Origin: a virus
Lineage: Duplodnaviria; Heunggongvirae; Uroviricota; Caudoviricetes
Length of the DNA: 42,939 bases
Reading direction: 5' to 3' (one strand)
Virus record (IMG/VR): IMGVR_UViG_2571042732_000002
How positions within the stretch are numbered: the first letter of the stretch is position 1; every line of letters begins with the position of its first letter. Both the position numbers and the translations under genes were made by a program. The notes beneath the pieces are model-generated. The model saw nothing but the letters and a program-made list of their open reading frames with translations, had not been told where the DNA came from and did no database searches. Of this stretch, positions 30,322 to 42,939 are shown piece after piece.

Positions 30322-32875
30322 ACCGGTAGGCGATCTGGTCGTTGATTTGAGTCTGGATGCGGCCAGATTTGACGAGCAGATGGCCAGAGTCAGGCGTCAT
30401 TTTTCCGGTACGGAAAGTGATGCGAAAAAAACAGCGGCAGTCGTTGAACAGTCAATGAACCGGCAGGCGCTGGCTGCACAGAAAGCGGGGATTTCCGTCG
30501 GACAGTATAAAGCCGCCATGCGTATGCTTCCTGCACAGTTCACCGACGTGGCCACGCAGCTTGCAGGCGGGCAAAGTCCGTGGCTGATCCTGCTGCAACA
30601 GGGGGGGCAGGTTAAGGACTCCTTCGGCGGGATGATCCCCATGTTCAGGGGGCTTGCCGGTGCGATCACCCTGCCGATGGTCGGGGCCACTTCGCTGGCG
30701 GTGGCGACCGGTGCGCTGGCGTATGCCTGGTATCAGGGCAACTCAACCCTGTCCGATTTCAACAAAACGCTGGTCCTTTCCGGCAATCAGTCGGGTCTGA
30801 CGGCAGATCGCATGCTGGTCCTGTCCAGAGCCGGGCAGGCGGCAGGGCTGACGTTTAACCAGACCAGCGAGTCACTCAGCGCACTGGTTAAGGCGGGAGT
30901 AAGCGGTGAGGCTCAGATTGCATCCATCAGCCAGAGTGTGGCGCGTTTCTCCTCTGCATCCGGCGTGGAGGTGGACAAGGTCGCTGAAGCCTTCGGGAAG
31001 CTGACCACAGACCCGACGTCAGGGCTGACAGCGATGGCACGCCAGTTCCATAACGTGACGGCGGAGCAGATTGCGTATGTTGCTCAGTTGCAGCGTTCCG
31101 GCGATGAAGCCGGGGCATTGCAGGCGGCGAACGAGGCCGCGACGAAAGGGTTTGATGACCAGACCCGCCGCCTGAAAGAGAACATGGGTACGCTGGAGAC
31201 CTGGGCAGACAGGACAGCGCGGGCATTCAAATCCATGTGGGATGCGGTGCTGGATATTGGTCGTCCTGATACCGCGCAGGAGATGCTGATTAAGGCAGAG
31301 GCTGCGTTTAAGAAAGCGGACGACATCTGGAGTCTGCGCAAGGATGATTATTTTGTTAACGATGAAGCGCGGGCGCGTTACTGGGATGATCGTGAAAAGG
31401 CCCGTCTTGCGCTTGAAGCCGCGAGAAAGAAGGCTGAACAGCAGAGTCAACAGGACAAAAATGCGCAGCAGCAGAGCGATACAGAAGCGTCACGGCTGAA
31501 ATATACCGAAGAGGCGCAGAAGGCTTACGAACGGCTGCAGACGCCGCTGGAGAAATATACCGCCCGTCAGGAAGAACTGAACAAGGCACTGAAGGACGGG
31601 AAAATTCTGCAGGCAGATTACAACACGCTGATGGCGGCGGCGAAAAAGGACTATGAAGCGACGCTGAAAAAGCCGAAACAGTCCGGCGTGAAGGTGTCTG
31701 CGGGCGATCGTCAGGAAGACAGTGCTCATGCTGCCCTGCTGACGCTTCAGGCTGAACTCCGGACGCTGGAGAAGCATGCCGGAGCAAATGAGAAAATCAG
31801 CCAGCAGCGCCGGGATTTGTGGAAGGCGGAAAATCAGTTCGCGGTACTGGAGGAGGCGGCACAACGTCGCCAGCTATCCGCACAGGAGAAATCCCTGCTG
31901 GCGCATAAAGATGAGACGCTGGAGTACAAACGCCAGCTGGCTGCACTTGGCGATAAGGTCACGTATCAGGAGCTCCTGAACGCGCTGGCGCAGCAGGCGG
32001 ATAAATTCGCACAGCAGCAACGGGCAAAACGGGCCGCCATTGAGGCGAAAAACCGGGGGCTGACTGACCGGCAGGCAGCGCGGGAAGCCACGGAACAGCG
32101 TCTGAAGGAACAGTATGGCGATAATCCGCTGGCGCTGAATAACGTCATGTCAGAGCAGAAAAAGACCTGGGCGGCTGAAGACCAGCTTCGCGGGAGCTGG
32201 ATGGCAGGCCTCAAGTCCGGCTGGAGTGAGTGGGAAGAGAGCGCCACGGACAGTATGTCGCAGGTTAAAAGTGCAGCCACGCAGACCTTTGATGGTATTG
32301 CACAGAATATGGCGGCGATGCTGACCGGCAGTGAACAGAACTGGCGCAGCTTCACCCGCTCCGTGCTGTCCATGATGACAGAAATTCTGCTTAAGCAGGC
32401 AATGGTGGGGATTGTCGGGAGTATCGGCAGCGCCATTGGCGGTGCTACCGGTGGCGGCGCATCAGCGTCAGGCGGTACAGCCATTCAGGCAGCTGCGGCG
32501 AAATTCCATTTTGCGACCGGAGGATTTACGGGAACCGGCGGCAAATATGAGCCAGCGGGGATTGTTCACCGTGGTGAGTTTGTCTTCACGAAGGAGGCAA
32601 CCAGCCGGATTGGCGTGGGGAATCTTTACCGGCTGATGCGCGGCTATGCCACCGGTGGTTATGTCGGTACACCGGGCAGCATGGCGGACAGCCGGTCGCA
32701 GGCGTCCGGGAAGTTTGAGCAGAATAACCATGTGGTGATTAACAACGACGGCACGAACGGTCAGATAGGGCCACAGGCGCTGAAGGCTGTTTATGACGTA
32801 GCCCGTAAGGCGGCAATGGATGTTGTGACCGGGCAGATGCGCGATGGTGGTCTGTTCTCCGGAGGTGGACGATGA
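30314..32875 (+). CDS. H: Tail tape measure protein H, 853 aa
   Basis: Matches lambda gpH in length and sequence. Confidence 0.95.
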   Translation: MAEPVGDLVVDLSLDAARFDEQMARVRRHFSGTESDAKKTAAVVEQSMNRQALAAQKAGISVGQYKAAMRMLPAQFTDVATQLAGGQSPWLILLQQGGQVKDSFGGMIPMFRGLAGAITLPMVGATSLAVATGALAYAWYQGNSTLSDFNKTLVLSGNQSGLTADRMLVLSRAGQAAGLTFNQTSESLSALVKAGVSGEAQIASISQSVARFSSASGVEVDKVAEAFGKLTTDPTSGLTAMARQFHNVTAEQIAYVAQLQRSGDEAGALQAANEAATKGFDDQTRRLKENMGTLETWADRTARAFKSMWDAVLDIGRPDTAQEMLIKAEAAFKKADDIWSLRKDDYFVNDEARARYWDDREKARLALEAARKKAEQQSQQDKNAQQQSDTEASRLKYTEEAQKAYERLQTPLEKYTARQEELNKALKDGKILQADYNTLMAAAKKDYEATLKKPKQSGVKVSAGDRQEDSAHAALLTLQAELRTLEKHAGANEKISQQRRDLWKAENQFAVLEEAAQRRQLSAQEKSLLAHKDETLEYKRQLAALGDKVTYQELLNALAQQADKFAQQQRAKRAAIEAKNRGLTDRQAAREATEQRLKEQYGDNPLALNNVMSEQKKTWAAEDQLRGSWMAGLKSGWSEWEESATDSMSQVKSAATQTFDGIAQNMAAMLTGSEQNWRSFTRSVLSMMTEILLKQAMVGIVGSIGSAIGGATGGGASASGGTAIQAAAAKFHFATGGFTGTGGKYEPAGIVHRGEFVFTKEATSRIGVGNLYRLMRGYATGGYVGTPGSMADSRSQASGKFEQNNHVVINNDGTNGQIGPQALKAVYDVARKAAMDVVTGQMRDGGLFSGGGR

Positions 32876-33201
32876 AAACCTTCCGCTGGAAAGTGAAACC
32901 CGGTATGGATGTGGCTTCGGCCCCTTCCGTAAGAAAGGTGCGCTTTGGTGATGGCTATTCCCAGCGAGCGCCTGCCGGGCTGAACACTGACCTGAAAACG
33001 TACAGCGTGACGCTTTCTGTTCCCCGTTGGGAGGCCGCGGCGCTGGAGTCGTTTCTGGCTGAGCACGGGGGCTGGAAGGCCTTTCTGTGGACGCCGCCTT
33101 ATGGCTACCGGCAGATAAAGGTGACCTGCGCAAAATGGTCGTCGCGGGTCAGTATGTTGCGTGTTGAGTTCAGCGCAGAGTTTGAACAGGTGGTGAACTG
33201 A
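32872..33201 (+). CDS. M: Tail tip protein M, 109 aa
   Basis: Matches lambda gpM. Confidence 0.9.
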   Translation: MKTFRWKVKPGMDVASAPSVRKVRFGDGYSQRAPAGLNTDLKTYSVTLSVPRWEAAALESFLAEHGGWKAFLWTPPYGYRQIKVTCAKWSSRVSMLRVEFSAEFEQVVN

Positions 33202-33899
33202 TGCAGGATATCCGACAGGAAACACTGAATGAATGCACCCGTGCGGAGCAGTCTGCCAGCGTGGTGCTCTGGGAAATCGATCTGACAGAGGTTGGTGGAG
33301 AACGTTATTTTTTCTGTAATGAGCAGAACGAAAAAGGTGAGCCGGTCACCTGGCAGGGGCGACAGTATCAGGCGTATCCCATTCAGGGGAGTGGTTTCGA
33401 ACTGAATGGCAAAGGCACCAGTACGCGCCCCACGCTGACGGTTTCTAACCTGTATGGCATGGTCACCGGGATGGCGGAAGATCTGCAGAGTCTGGTCGGC
33501 GGAACGGTGGTCAGGCGTAAGGTTTATGCCCGTTTTCTGGATGCGGTGAACTTCGTCAACGGAAACAGCGACGCCGATCCGGAGCAGGAGGTGATTAGCC
33601 GCTGGCGCATCGAGCAGTGCAGCGAACTGAGCGCGGTCAGTGCCTCCTTTGTACTGTCCACGCCGACTGAAACGGATGGTGCCGTTTTTCCGGGACGTAT
33701 CATGCTGGCCAACACCTGCACCTGGACCTATCGCGGTGACGAGTGCGGTTATAGCGGTCCGGCTGTCGCGGATGAATATGACCAGCCGACGTCCGATATC
33801 ACGAAGGATAAATGCAGCAAATGCCTGAGTGGCTGTAAGTTTCGCAATAACGTCGGCAACTTTGGCGGCTTCCTTTCCATTAACAAACTTTCGCAGTAA
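33201..33899 (+). CDS. L: Tail tip protein L, 232 aa
   Basis: Matches lambda gpL. Confidence 0.9.
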   Translation: MQDIRQETLNECTRAEQSASVVLWEIDLTEVGGERYFFCNEQNEKGEPVTWQGRQYQAYPIQGSGFELNGKGTSTRPTLTVSNLYGMVTGMAEDLQSLVGGTVVRRKVYARFLDAVNFVNGNSDADPEQEVISRWRIEQCSELSAVSASFVLSTPTETDGAVFPGRIMLANTCTWTYRGDECGYSGPAVADEYDQPTSDITKDKCSKCLSGCKFRNNVGNFGGFLSINKLSQ

Positions 33900-33903
33900 T
33901 CCC

Positions 33904-34647
33904 ATGACAGAGACAGAATCAGCGATTCTGGCGCACGCCCGGCGATGTGCGCCAGCGGAGTCGTGCGGCTTCGTGGTGAGAACGCTGGAGGGGGAAAGAT
34001 ATTTTCCCTGCGTGAATATTTCCGGTGAGCCGGAGGATTATTTCCGGATGGCTCCGGAGGACTGGCTGCAGGCAGAAATGCAGGGTGAGATTGTGGCGCT
34101 GGTCCACAGTCATCCCGGTGGTCTGCCCTGGCTGAGTGAGGCTGACCGGCGGCTGCAGGTGCAGAGTGATTTGCCGTGGTGGCTGGTCTGCCGGGGGGCG
34201 ATTCACAAGTTCCGCTGTGTGCCGCATCTTACCGGGCGGCGCTTTGAGCACGGGGTGACGGACTGTTACACGCTGTTCCGGGATGCTTACCATCTGGCGG
34301 GGATTGAGATGCCGGATTTTCACCGCGAGGATGACTGGTGGCGTAACGGTCAGAATCTCTATCTGGATAATCTGGAGGCCACAGGGCTGTATCAGGTGCC
34401 GTTGTCAGCGGCGCAGCCGGGCGATGTGCTGCTGTGCTGTTTTGGTTCATCGGTGCCGAATCATGCCGCCATTTACTGTGGTGACGGCGAGCTGCTGCAC
34501 CATATTCCTGAACAACTGAGCAAACGAGAGAGGTATACCGACAAATGGCAGCGACGCACACACTCCCTCTGGCGTCACCGGGCATGGCACGCATCTGCCT
34601 TTACGGGGATTTGCAACGATTTGGCCGCCGCATCGACCTTCGTGTGA
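33904..34647 (+). CDS. K: Tail tip assembly protein K (JAB/MPN plus NlpC/P60-like), 247 aa
   Basis: ATG 33904; uninterrupted frame with HSHPGG (JAB-type) and Cys/His C-terminal motifs; matches lambda gpK. Confidence 0.85.
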   Translation: MTETESAILAHARRCAPAESCGFVVRTLEGERYFPCVNISGEPEDYFRMAPEDWLQAEMQGEIVALVHSHPGGLPWLSEADRRLQVQSDLPWWLVCRGAIHKFRCVPHLTGRRFEHGVTDCYTLFRDAYHLAGIEMPDFHREDDWWRNGQNLYLDNLEATGLYQVPLSAAQPGDVLLCCFGSSVPNHAAIYCGDGELLHHIPEQLSKRERYTDKWQRRTHSLWRHRAWHASAFTGICNDLAAASTFV

Positions 34648-35216
34648 AAACGGGGGCCGAAGCCATCCGGGCGCTGGCCACACAGCTCCCTGCGTTTCGT
34701 CAGAAACTGAGCGACGGCTGGTATCAGGTGCGTATTGCCGGACAGGATGTCAGCACGTCCGGATTAACGGCGCAGTTACATGAGGCTCTACCTGACGGCG
34801 CTGTGATTCATATTGTTCCCAGAGTCGCCGGGGCCAAGTCAGGTGGTGTATTCCAGATTGTCCTGGGAGCAGCCGCCATTGCCGGATCATTCTTTACCGC
34901 CGGAGCCACCCTTGCAGCATGGGGGGCTGCCATTGGTGCCGGTGGTATGACCGGCATTCTGTTTTCTCTCGGTGCCAGTATGGTGCTCGGCGGTGTGGCT
35001 CAGATGCTGGCACCGAAAGCCAGGACGCCCACGGCAGCCAGTACAGATAACGGCAAACAGAACACGTATTTCTCGTCACTGGATAACATGGTTGCCCAGG
35101 GTAATGTTCTGCCTGTTCTGTACGGGGAAATGCGCGTGGGGTCACGTGTGGTTTCTCAGGAGATCAGCACGGCAGACGAAGGGGATGGTGGTCAGGTTGT
35201 GGTGATTGGTCGCTGA
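34545..35216 (+). CDS. I: Tail tip assembly protein I, 223 aa
   Basis: Matches lambda gpI; overlaps the K 3' end. Confidence 0.9.
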   Translation: MAATHTLPLASPGMARICLYGDLQRFGRRIDLRVKTGAEAIRALATQLPAFRQKLSDGWYQVRIAGQDVSTSGLTAQLHEALPDGAVIHIVPRVAGAKSGGVFQIVLGAAAIAGSFFTAGATLAAWGAAIGAGGMTGILFSLGASMVLGGVAQMLAPKARTPTAASTDNGKQNTYFSSLDNMVAQGNVLPVLYGEMRVGSRVVSQEISTADEGDGGQVVVIGR

Positions 35217-35273
35217 TGCAAAATGTTTTATGTGAAACCGCCTGCGGGCGGTTTTGTCGTTTCTGGAGCGTGA

Positions 35274-38675
<3,402 letters not shown>

Positions 38676-38695
38676 ATTTTATAACCCATATACGG

Positions 38696-38720
38696 GCACC
38701 AGAAATGGTGCCTTTTTTAT
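38696..38720 (+). terminator. Rho-independent terminator after J
   Basis: GGCACC-AGAAAT-GGTGCC stem-loop followed by TTTTTTATT. Confidence 0.55.
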
Positions 38721-38742
38721 TGCAGAAAAGCGAGAGGTAATT

Positions 38743-39342
38743 ATGCGTAAACTTTATGCCGCCATTTTGTCCGCAGCCATTTGTCTGGCCGTATCCGGTG
38801 CGCCTGCATGGGCGTCTGAACATCAGTCCACGCTGAGCGCGGGGTATCTTCATGTCTCGACGAACGTTCCCGGCAGCGATGATCTGAACGGGATTAACGT
38901 GAAATACCGTTATGAGTTTACGGACACACTGGGGATGGTGACGTCTTTCAGCTATGCAGGAGACAAGAATCGCCAGCTTACCCGTTACAGCGATACCCGC
39001 TGGCATGAAGATTCCGTTCGTAACCGCTGGTTCAGCGTAATGGCGGGGCCGTCTGTGCGCGTGAATGAATGGTTCAGCGCGTATGCGATGGCGGGTGTGG
39101 CTTACAGCCGTGTGTCGACTTTCTCCGGGGATTATCTCCGCGTAACTGACAACAAGGGGAAAACGCACGACGTGCTGACCGGAAGTGATGACGGTCGCCA
39201 CAGCAACACGTCTCTGGCGTGGGGAGCTGGCGTGCAGTTTAACCCGACCGAATCCGTGGCCATTGATATTGCTTATGAAGGCTCCGGCAGTGGCGACTGG
39301 CGCACTGACGGTTTCATCGTGGGTGTCGGTTATAAATTCTGA
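38743..39342 (+). CDS. lom: Lom outer-membrane beta-barrel protein (Ail/Lom family), 199 aa
   Basis: Signal peptide; C-terminal ...[25 protein letters not shown] matches lambda Lom; the N-terminal two-thirds are a divergent allele. Confidence 0.9.
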   Translation: MRKLYAAILSAAICLAVSGAPAWASEHQSTLSAGYLHVSTNVPGSDDLNGINVKYRYEFTDTLGMVTSFSYAGDKNRQLTRYSDTRWHEDSVRNRWFSVMAGPSVRVNEWFSAYAMAGVAYSRVSTFSGDYLRVTDNKGKTHDVLTGSDDGRHSNTSLAWGAGVQFNPTESVAIDIAYEGSGSGDWRTDGFIVGVGYKF

Positions 39343-39369
39343 TTAGCCAGGTAACACAGTGTTATGACA

Positions 39370-39396
39370 GCCCGCCGGTTCAGGCGGGCTTTTTTG
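39370..39396 (+). terminator. Rho-independent terminator after lom
   Basis: GCCCGCC-GGTTCA-GGCGGGC stem-loop followed by TTTTTTGT. Confidence 0.6.
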
Positions 39397-39400
39397 TGGG

Positions 39401-42358
39401 GTGAATATGGCAGTAAAGATTTCTGGTGTACTGAAAGACGGCTCAGGAAAACCGGTACAGAACTGCACAATCCAGCTGAAAGCAAAACGTAACAGTACCA
39501 CGGTGGTGGTGAACACGCTGGCCTCAGAAAATCCGGATGAAGCCGGGCGTTACAGCATGGACGTTGAGTACGGTCAGTACAGCGTTATTCTGTTGGTGGA
39601 GGGATTCCCGCCGTCACATGCCGGGACTATCACCGTGTATGAAGATTCCCGACCCGGTACGCTGAATGATTTTCTCGGTGCCATGACGGAGGATGATGCC
39701 CGTCCGGAGGCTCTGCGCCGTTTTGAACTGATGGTGGAAGAGGTGGCGCGTAACGCGTCCGCGGTGGCACAGAACACGGCAGCCGCGAAGAAGTCAGCCG
39801 GCGATGCCGGCACATCTGCCAGTGAGGCGGCAACCCATGCGACTGATGCTGCAGGCTCAGCACGCGCAGCCAGCACGTCAGCAGGACAGGCCGCTTCGTC
39901 GGCTCAGTCAGCGTCCTCCAGCGCAGGAACGGCATCAACAAAGGCCACTGAAGCGGAAAAAAGTGCTGCCGCTGCAGAGTCCTCAAAAAGCGCGGCGGCT
40001 ACCAGTGCCGGTGCGGCGAAAACGTCAGAAACGAATGCCGCAGCGTCACAACAATCAGCAGCCACTTCTGCATCCACCGCGACCACGAAAGCGTCAGAAG
40101 CTGCCACCTCAGCCCGGGATGCGGCGGCCTCAAAAGAGGCAGCGAAATCATCAGAAACGAACGCATCCTCGAGCGCCAGTAGTTCCGCTTCCTCGGCAAC
40201 GGCGGCAGCAAATTCCGCGAAGGCGGCAAAAACGTCCGAGACGAACGCCAGGTCTTCTGAAACGGCAGCGGGACAGAGTGCCTCAGCTGCGGCAGGCTCA
40301 AAAACAGCGGCTGCATCATCTGCCAGTGCCGCGTCAACAAGTGCCGGGCAGGCCTCAGCCAGAGCCACTGCCGCCGGAAAATCGGCAGAAAGTGCCGCAT
40401 CGTCTGCTTCAACAGCCACAACGAAGGCTGGCGAAGCCGCTGAACAGGCCAGCGCAGCAGCGAGGTCTGCATCCGCAGCGAAGACATCCGAAACGAACGC
40501 GAAAGCCTCGGAAACCAGTGCAGAATCCTCAAAAATGGCAGCTGCATCGTCCGCCAGTTCGGCGGCGTCATCGGCATCATCTGCGTCTGCTTCAAAAGAT
40601 GAGGCGAGCAGACAGGCATCAGCAGCGAAAGGCAGCGCCACGACGGCATCCACGAAGGCGACAGAGGCAGCTGGTAGTGCGACGGCGGCAGCTCAGAGCA
40701 AAAGTACGGCGGAATCCGCGGCAACGCGCGCCGAGACAGCAGCAAAACGGGCAGAGGATATTGCATCCGCCGTGGCGCTTGAGGATGCGAGCACGACGAA
40801 AAAGGGGATAGTACAGCTCAGCAGTGCGACCAACAGCACGTCTGAAACGCTGGCGGCAACGCCAAAGGCAGTAAAAGCAGCCAATGACAATGCTGAGAAA
40901 CGTCTGCAGAAAGATCAGAACGGTGCGGATATCCCTGGCAAAGACACCTTTACGAAAAATATTGGTGCCTGCCGTGCCTTCGGTGGGTCAGTAAGCACAA
41001 CAACAGGAAACTGGACGACTGCACAGTTTATCGAGTGGCTGGATTCTCAGGGAGCATTTAACCATCCATACTGGATGTGCAAGGGTTCCTGGTCTTATGG
41101 CAATAATAAAATCATTACTGATACTGGCTGCGGTAATATTCATCTCGCAGGAGCCGTCATTGAAGTAATGGGGATAAAGTCAGCGATGACGATCCGCATT
41201 ACCACACCGACCACCTCCACTGGTGGCGGAACAACTAACGCCCAGTTTACCTATATTAATCACGGAACAGATTATTCACCTGGCTGGCGAAGGGACTATA
41301 ACTCCAGAAATAAGCCAACGGCATCAGAGATCGGGGCATTACCGTCAGGTGGAACAGCAGTATCATCAGTTAATCTGGCTTCAAAAGGTCGGGTAACCGC
41401 GCTGACAGACAATACGCAGGGGGCAACAGGTCTTGAGTTATACGAGGTGTATAACAACGGATATCCAACAGCGTATGGAAATATCATTCACCTGAAAGGG
41501 ATGACAGCCGTTGGCGAAGGTGAGTTACTCATCGGCTGGAGTGGTACAAGCGGTGCTCATGCTCCGGCATTTATTCGTTCACGACGGGATACGATCGACG
41601 CAAACTGGTCGCCGTGGGCGCAGCTTTACACCTCGGCTCATCCTCCTGCAGAGTTTTATCCAGTCGGTGCACCAATCCCGTGGCCATCAGATACCGTTCC
41701 GTCTGGTTATGCCCTGATGCAGGGGCAGACTTTTGACAAATCTGCATACCCGAAACTTGCAGCCGCTTATCCGTCAGGCGTGATCCCTGATATGCGTGGC
41801 TGGACGATTAAGGGCAAACCTGCCAGTGGTCGGGCCGTATTGTCTCAGGAACAGGACGGCATAAAATCGCACACCCACAGCGCCAGCGCATCCAGTACGG
41901 ATTTGGGGACGAAAACCACATCGTCGTTTGATTACGGCACTAAATCCACGAATAACACCGGGGCGCATACGCACAGTCTGAGCGGCTCTACAAGTTCAGC
42001 TGGGGCCCACCAACATAGTCAGACTGGGCCCAGAACGAATAGCGGGAGTCAACCTACTGGAATGTTTCCGGCAGGGAGTACTCAAGTTAGCGGGACTAAT
42101 CAGGTTGGTATCAGTGGCTCATTAACCAGTGGCACCTCCCAATGGGTAGGTAAATCATCTTCAGAAGGAAACCATACACACTCACTGTCCGGCACAGCAG
42201 CATCTGCGGGTGCACACGCGCATACTGTCGGTATTGGTGCTCATACGCACTCTGTTGCGATTGGTTCACATGGACACACCATCACCGTTAACGCTGCTGG
42301 TAACGCGGAAAACACCGTCAAAAACATCGCATTTAACTATATTGTGAGGCTCGCATAA
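39401..42358 (+). CDS. stf: Side tail fibre Stf, full length, 985 aa
   Basis: N-terminus [26 protein letters not shown]... and C-terminus ...[18 protein letters not shown] match lambda Stf; central Ala/Ser/Thr-rich repeats; C-terminal His-x-His repeats. Confidence 0.9.
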   Translation: MNMAVKISGVLKDGSGKPVQNCTIQLKAKRNSTTVVVNTLASENPDEAGRYSMDVEYGQYSVILLVEGFPPSHAGTITVYEDSRPGTLNDFLGAMTEDDARPEALRRFELMVEEVARNASAVAQNTAAAKKSAGDAGTSASEAATHATDAAGSARAASTSAGQAASSAQSASSSAGTASTKATEAEKSAAAAESSKSAAATSAGAAKTSETNAAASQQSAATSASTATTKASEAATSARDAAASKEAAKSSETNASSSASSSASSATAAANSAKAAKTSETNARSSETAAGQSASAAAGSKTAAASSASAASTSAGQASARATAAGKSAESAASSASTATTKAGEAAEQASAAARSASAAKTSETNAKASETSAESSKMAAASSASSAASSASSASASKDEASRQASAAKGSATTASTKATEAAGSATAAAQSKSTAESAATRAETAAKRAEDIASAVALEDASTTKKGIVQLSSATNSTSETLAATPKAVKAANDNAEKRLQKDQNGADIPGKDTFTKNIGACRAFGGSVSTTTGNWTTAQFIEWLDSQGAFNHPYWMCKGSWSYGNNKIITDTGCGNIHLAGAVIEVMGIKSAMTIRITTPTTSTGGGTTNAQFTYINHGTDYSPGWRRDYNSRNKPTASEIGALPSGGTAVSSVNLASKGRVTALTDNTQGATGLELYEVYNNGYPTAYGNIIHLKGMTAVGEGELLIGWSGTSGAHAPAFIRSRRDTIDANWSPWAQLYTSAHPPAEFYPVGAPIPWPSDTVPSGYALMQGQTFDKSAYPKLAAAYPSGVIPDMRGWTIKGKPASGRAVLSQEQDGIKSHTHSASASSTDLGTKTTSSFDYGTKSTNNTGAHTHSLSGSTSSAGAHQHSQTGPRTNSGSQPTGMFPAGSTQVSGTNQVGISGSLTSGTSQWVGKSSSEGNHTHSLSGTAASAGAHAHTVGIGAHTHSVAIGSHGHTITVNAAGNAENTVKNIAFNYIVRLA

Positions 42359-42939
42359 TGGCATTCAGAATGAGTGAACAAGCACGGACCATAAAAATTT
42401 ATAACCTGCTGGCCGGAACTAATGAATTTATTGGTGAAGGTGACGCATATATTCCGCCTCATACAGGTCTGCCTGCAAACAGTACCGATATTGCACCGCC
42501 AGATATTCCGGCTGGCTTTGTGGCTGTTTTCAACAGTGATGAGGCATCGTGGCATCTCGTTGAAGACCATCGGGGAAAAACGGTCTATGACGTGGCTTCC
42601 GGCGACGCGTTATTTATTTCTGAACTCGGCTCATTACCGGAAAATGTCACCTGGTTATCCCCGGAAGGGGAGTTTCAGAAGTGGAACGGTACAGCCTGGG
42701 TGAAGGATACGGAAGCAGAAAAACTGTTCCGGATCCGGGAGGCGGAAGAAACAAAAAACAGCCTGATGCAGGTAGCCAGTGAGCATATAGCGCCGCTTCA
42801 GGATGCTGTAGATCTGGAGATCGCAACGGAGGAAGAAACCTTGTTGCTGGAAGCCTGGAAAAAGTATCGGGTGTTGCTGAACCGTGTTGATACATCAGTA
42901 GTACCGGATATTGAGTGGCCAGTAGCACCTATAGGGTAA
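42358..42939 (+). CDS. tfa: Tail fibre assembly protein Tfa, 193 aa
   Basis: MAFRMSEQ... matches lambda Tfa; ATG overlaps the stf stop (TAATG); stop codon is the last three bases of the window. Confidence 0.9.
   Translation: MAFRMSEQARTIKIYNLLAGTNEFIGEGDAYIPPHTGLPANSTDIAPPDIPAGFVAVFNSDEASWHLVEDHRGKTVYDVASGDALFISELGSLPENVTWLSPEGEFQKWNGTAWVKDTEAEKLFRIREAEETKNSLMQVASEHIAPLQDAVDLEIATEEETLLLEAWKKYRVLLNRVDTSVVPDIEWPVAPIG

Noticed and set aside
30397-33905. Multiple antisense ORFs inside H, M and L (for example 31966..32484 -, 32468..33133 -, 33105..33905 -)
   Set aside because: All overlap lambda-matching tail genes on the opposite strand; composition bias, no independent support.
39574-40890. 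Several long ORFs antisense to or off-frame within the stf repeat region (39574..39876 -, 39630..39986 -, 39804..40811 +, 39904..40653 -, 39999..40766 -, 40693..40890 -)
   Set aside because: They lie entirely inside the Ala/Ser/Thr-rich repeat portion of stf, have extreme composition and no ribosome-binding sites; they are artefacts of low-complexity GC-rich sequence.

Overview
The window is one essentially complete lambda-type prophage of an E. coli-like host, running from the int stop codon (pos 1-3) to the tfa stop codon (pos 42937-42939). Gene order is int-xis, early-left genes (Dam-like methyltransferase, exo/bet/gam), oL/pL, a non-lambda immunity region (cI-cro-cII-like), lambda-type O/P replication genes with ori iterons, a DLP12-like nin region (ninB/ybcN, ybcO, rusA), Q, lysis cassette (holin, R, Rz/Rz1), bor, cos, then a head-tail block Nu1 through J, lom, stf, tfa that matches lambda gene for gene. 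All protein identifications rest on recognition of the translated ORFs from memory; no search was run. Two AT-rich accessory insertions are the main leads. (1) About 4 kb between a frameshifted ren and ninB carries two genes antisense to the phage transcript: an HD-domain dGTPase/SAMHD1-like protein and a membrane-anchored coiled-coil protein with a C-terminal T5orf172 (GIY-YIG-like) domain; this looks like a candidate anti-phage defence island. (2) Two small membrane proteins sit directly downstream of cI in the slot lambda uses for rexA-rexB, a candidate lysogen-expressed exclusion module. Other points: no convincing N gene, a J C-terminus that differs from lambda, a long repeat-rich side tail fibre, and a TonB-C-like lipoprotein between bor and cos. 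No tRNA, rRNA, CRISPR array or IS element was seen.
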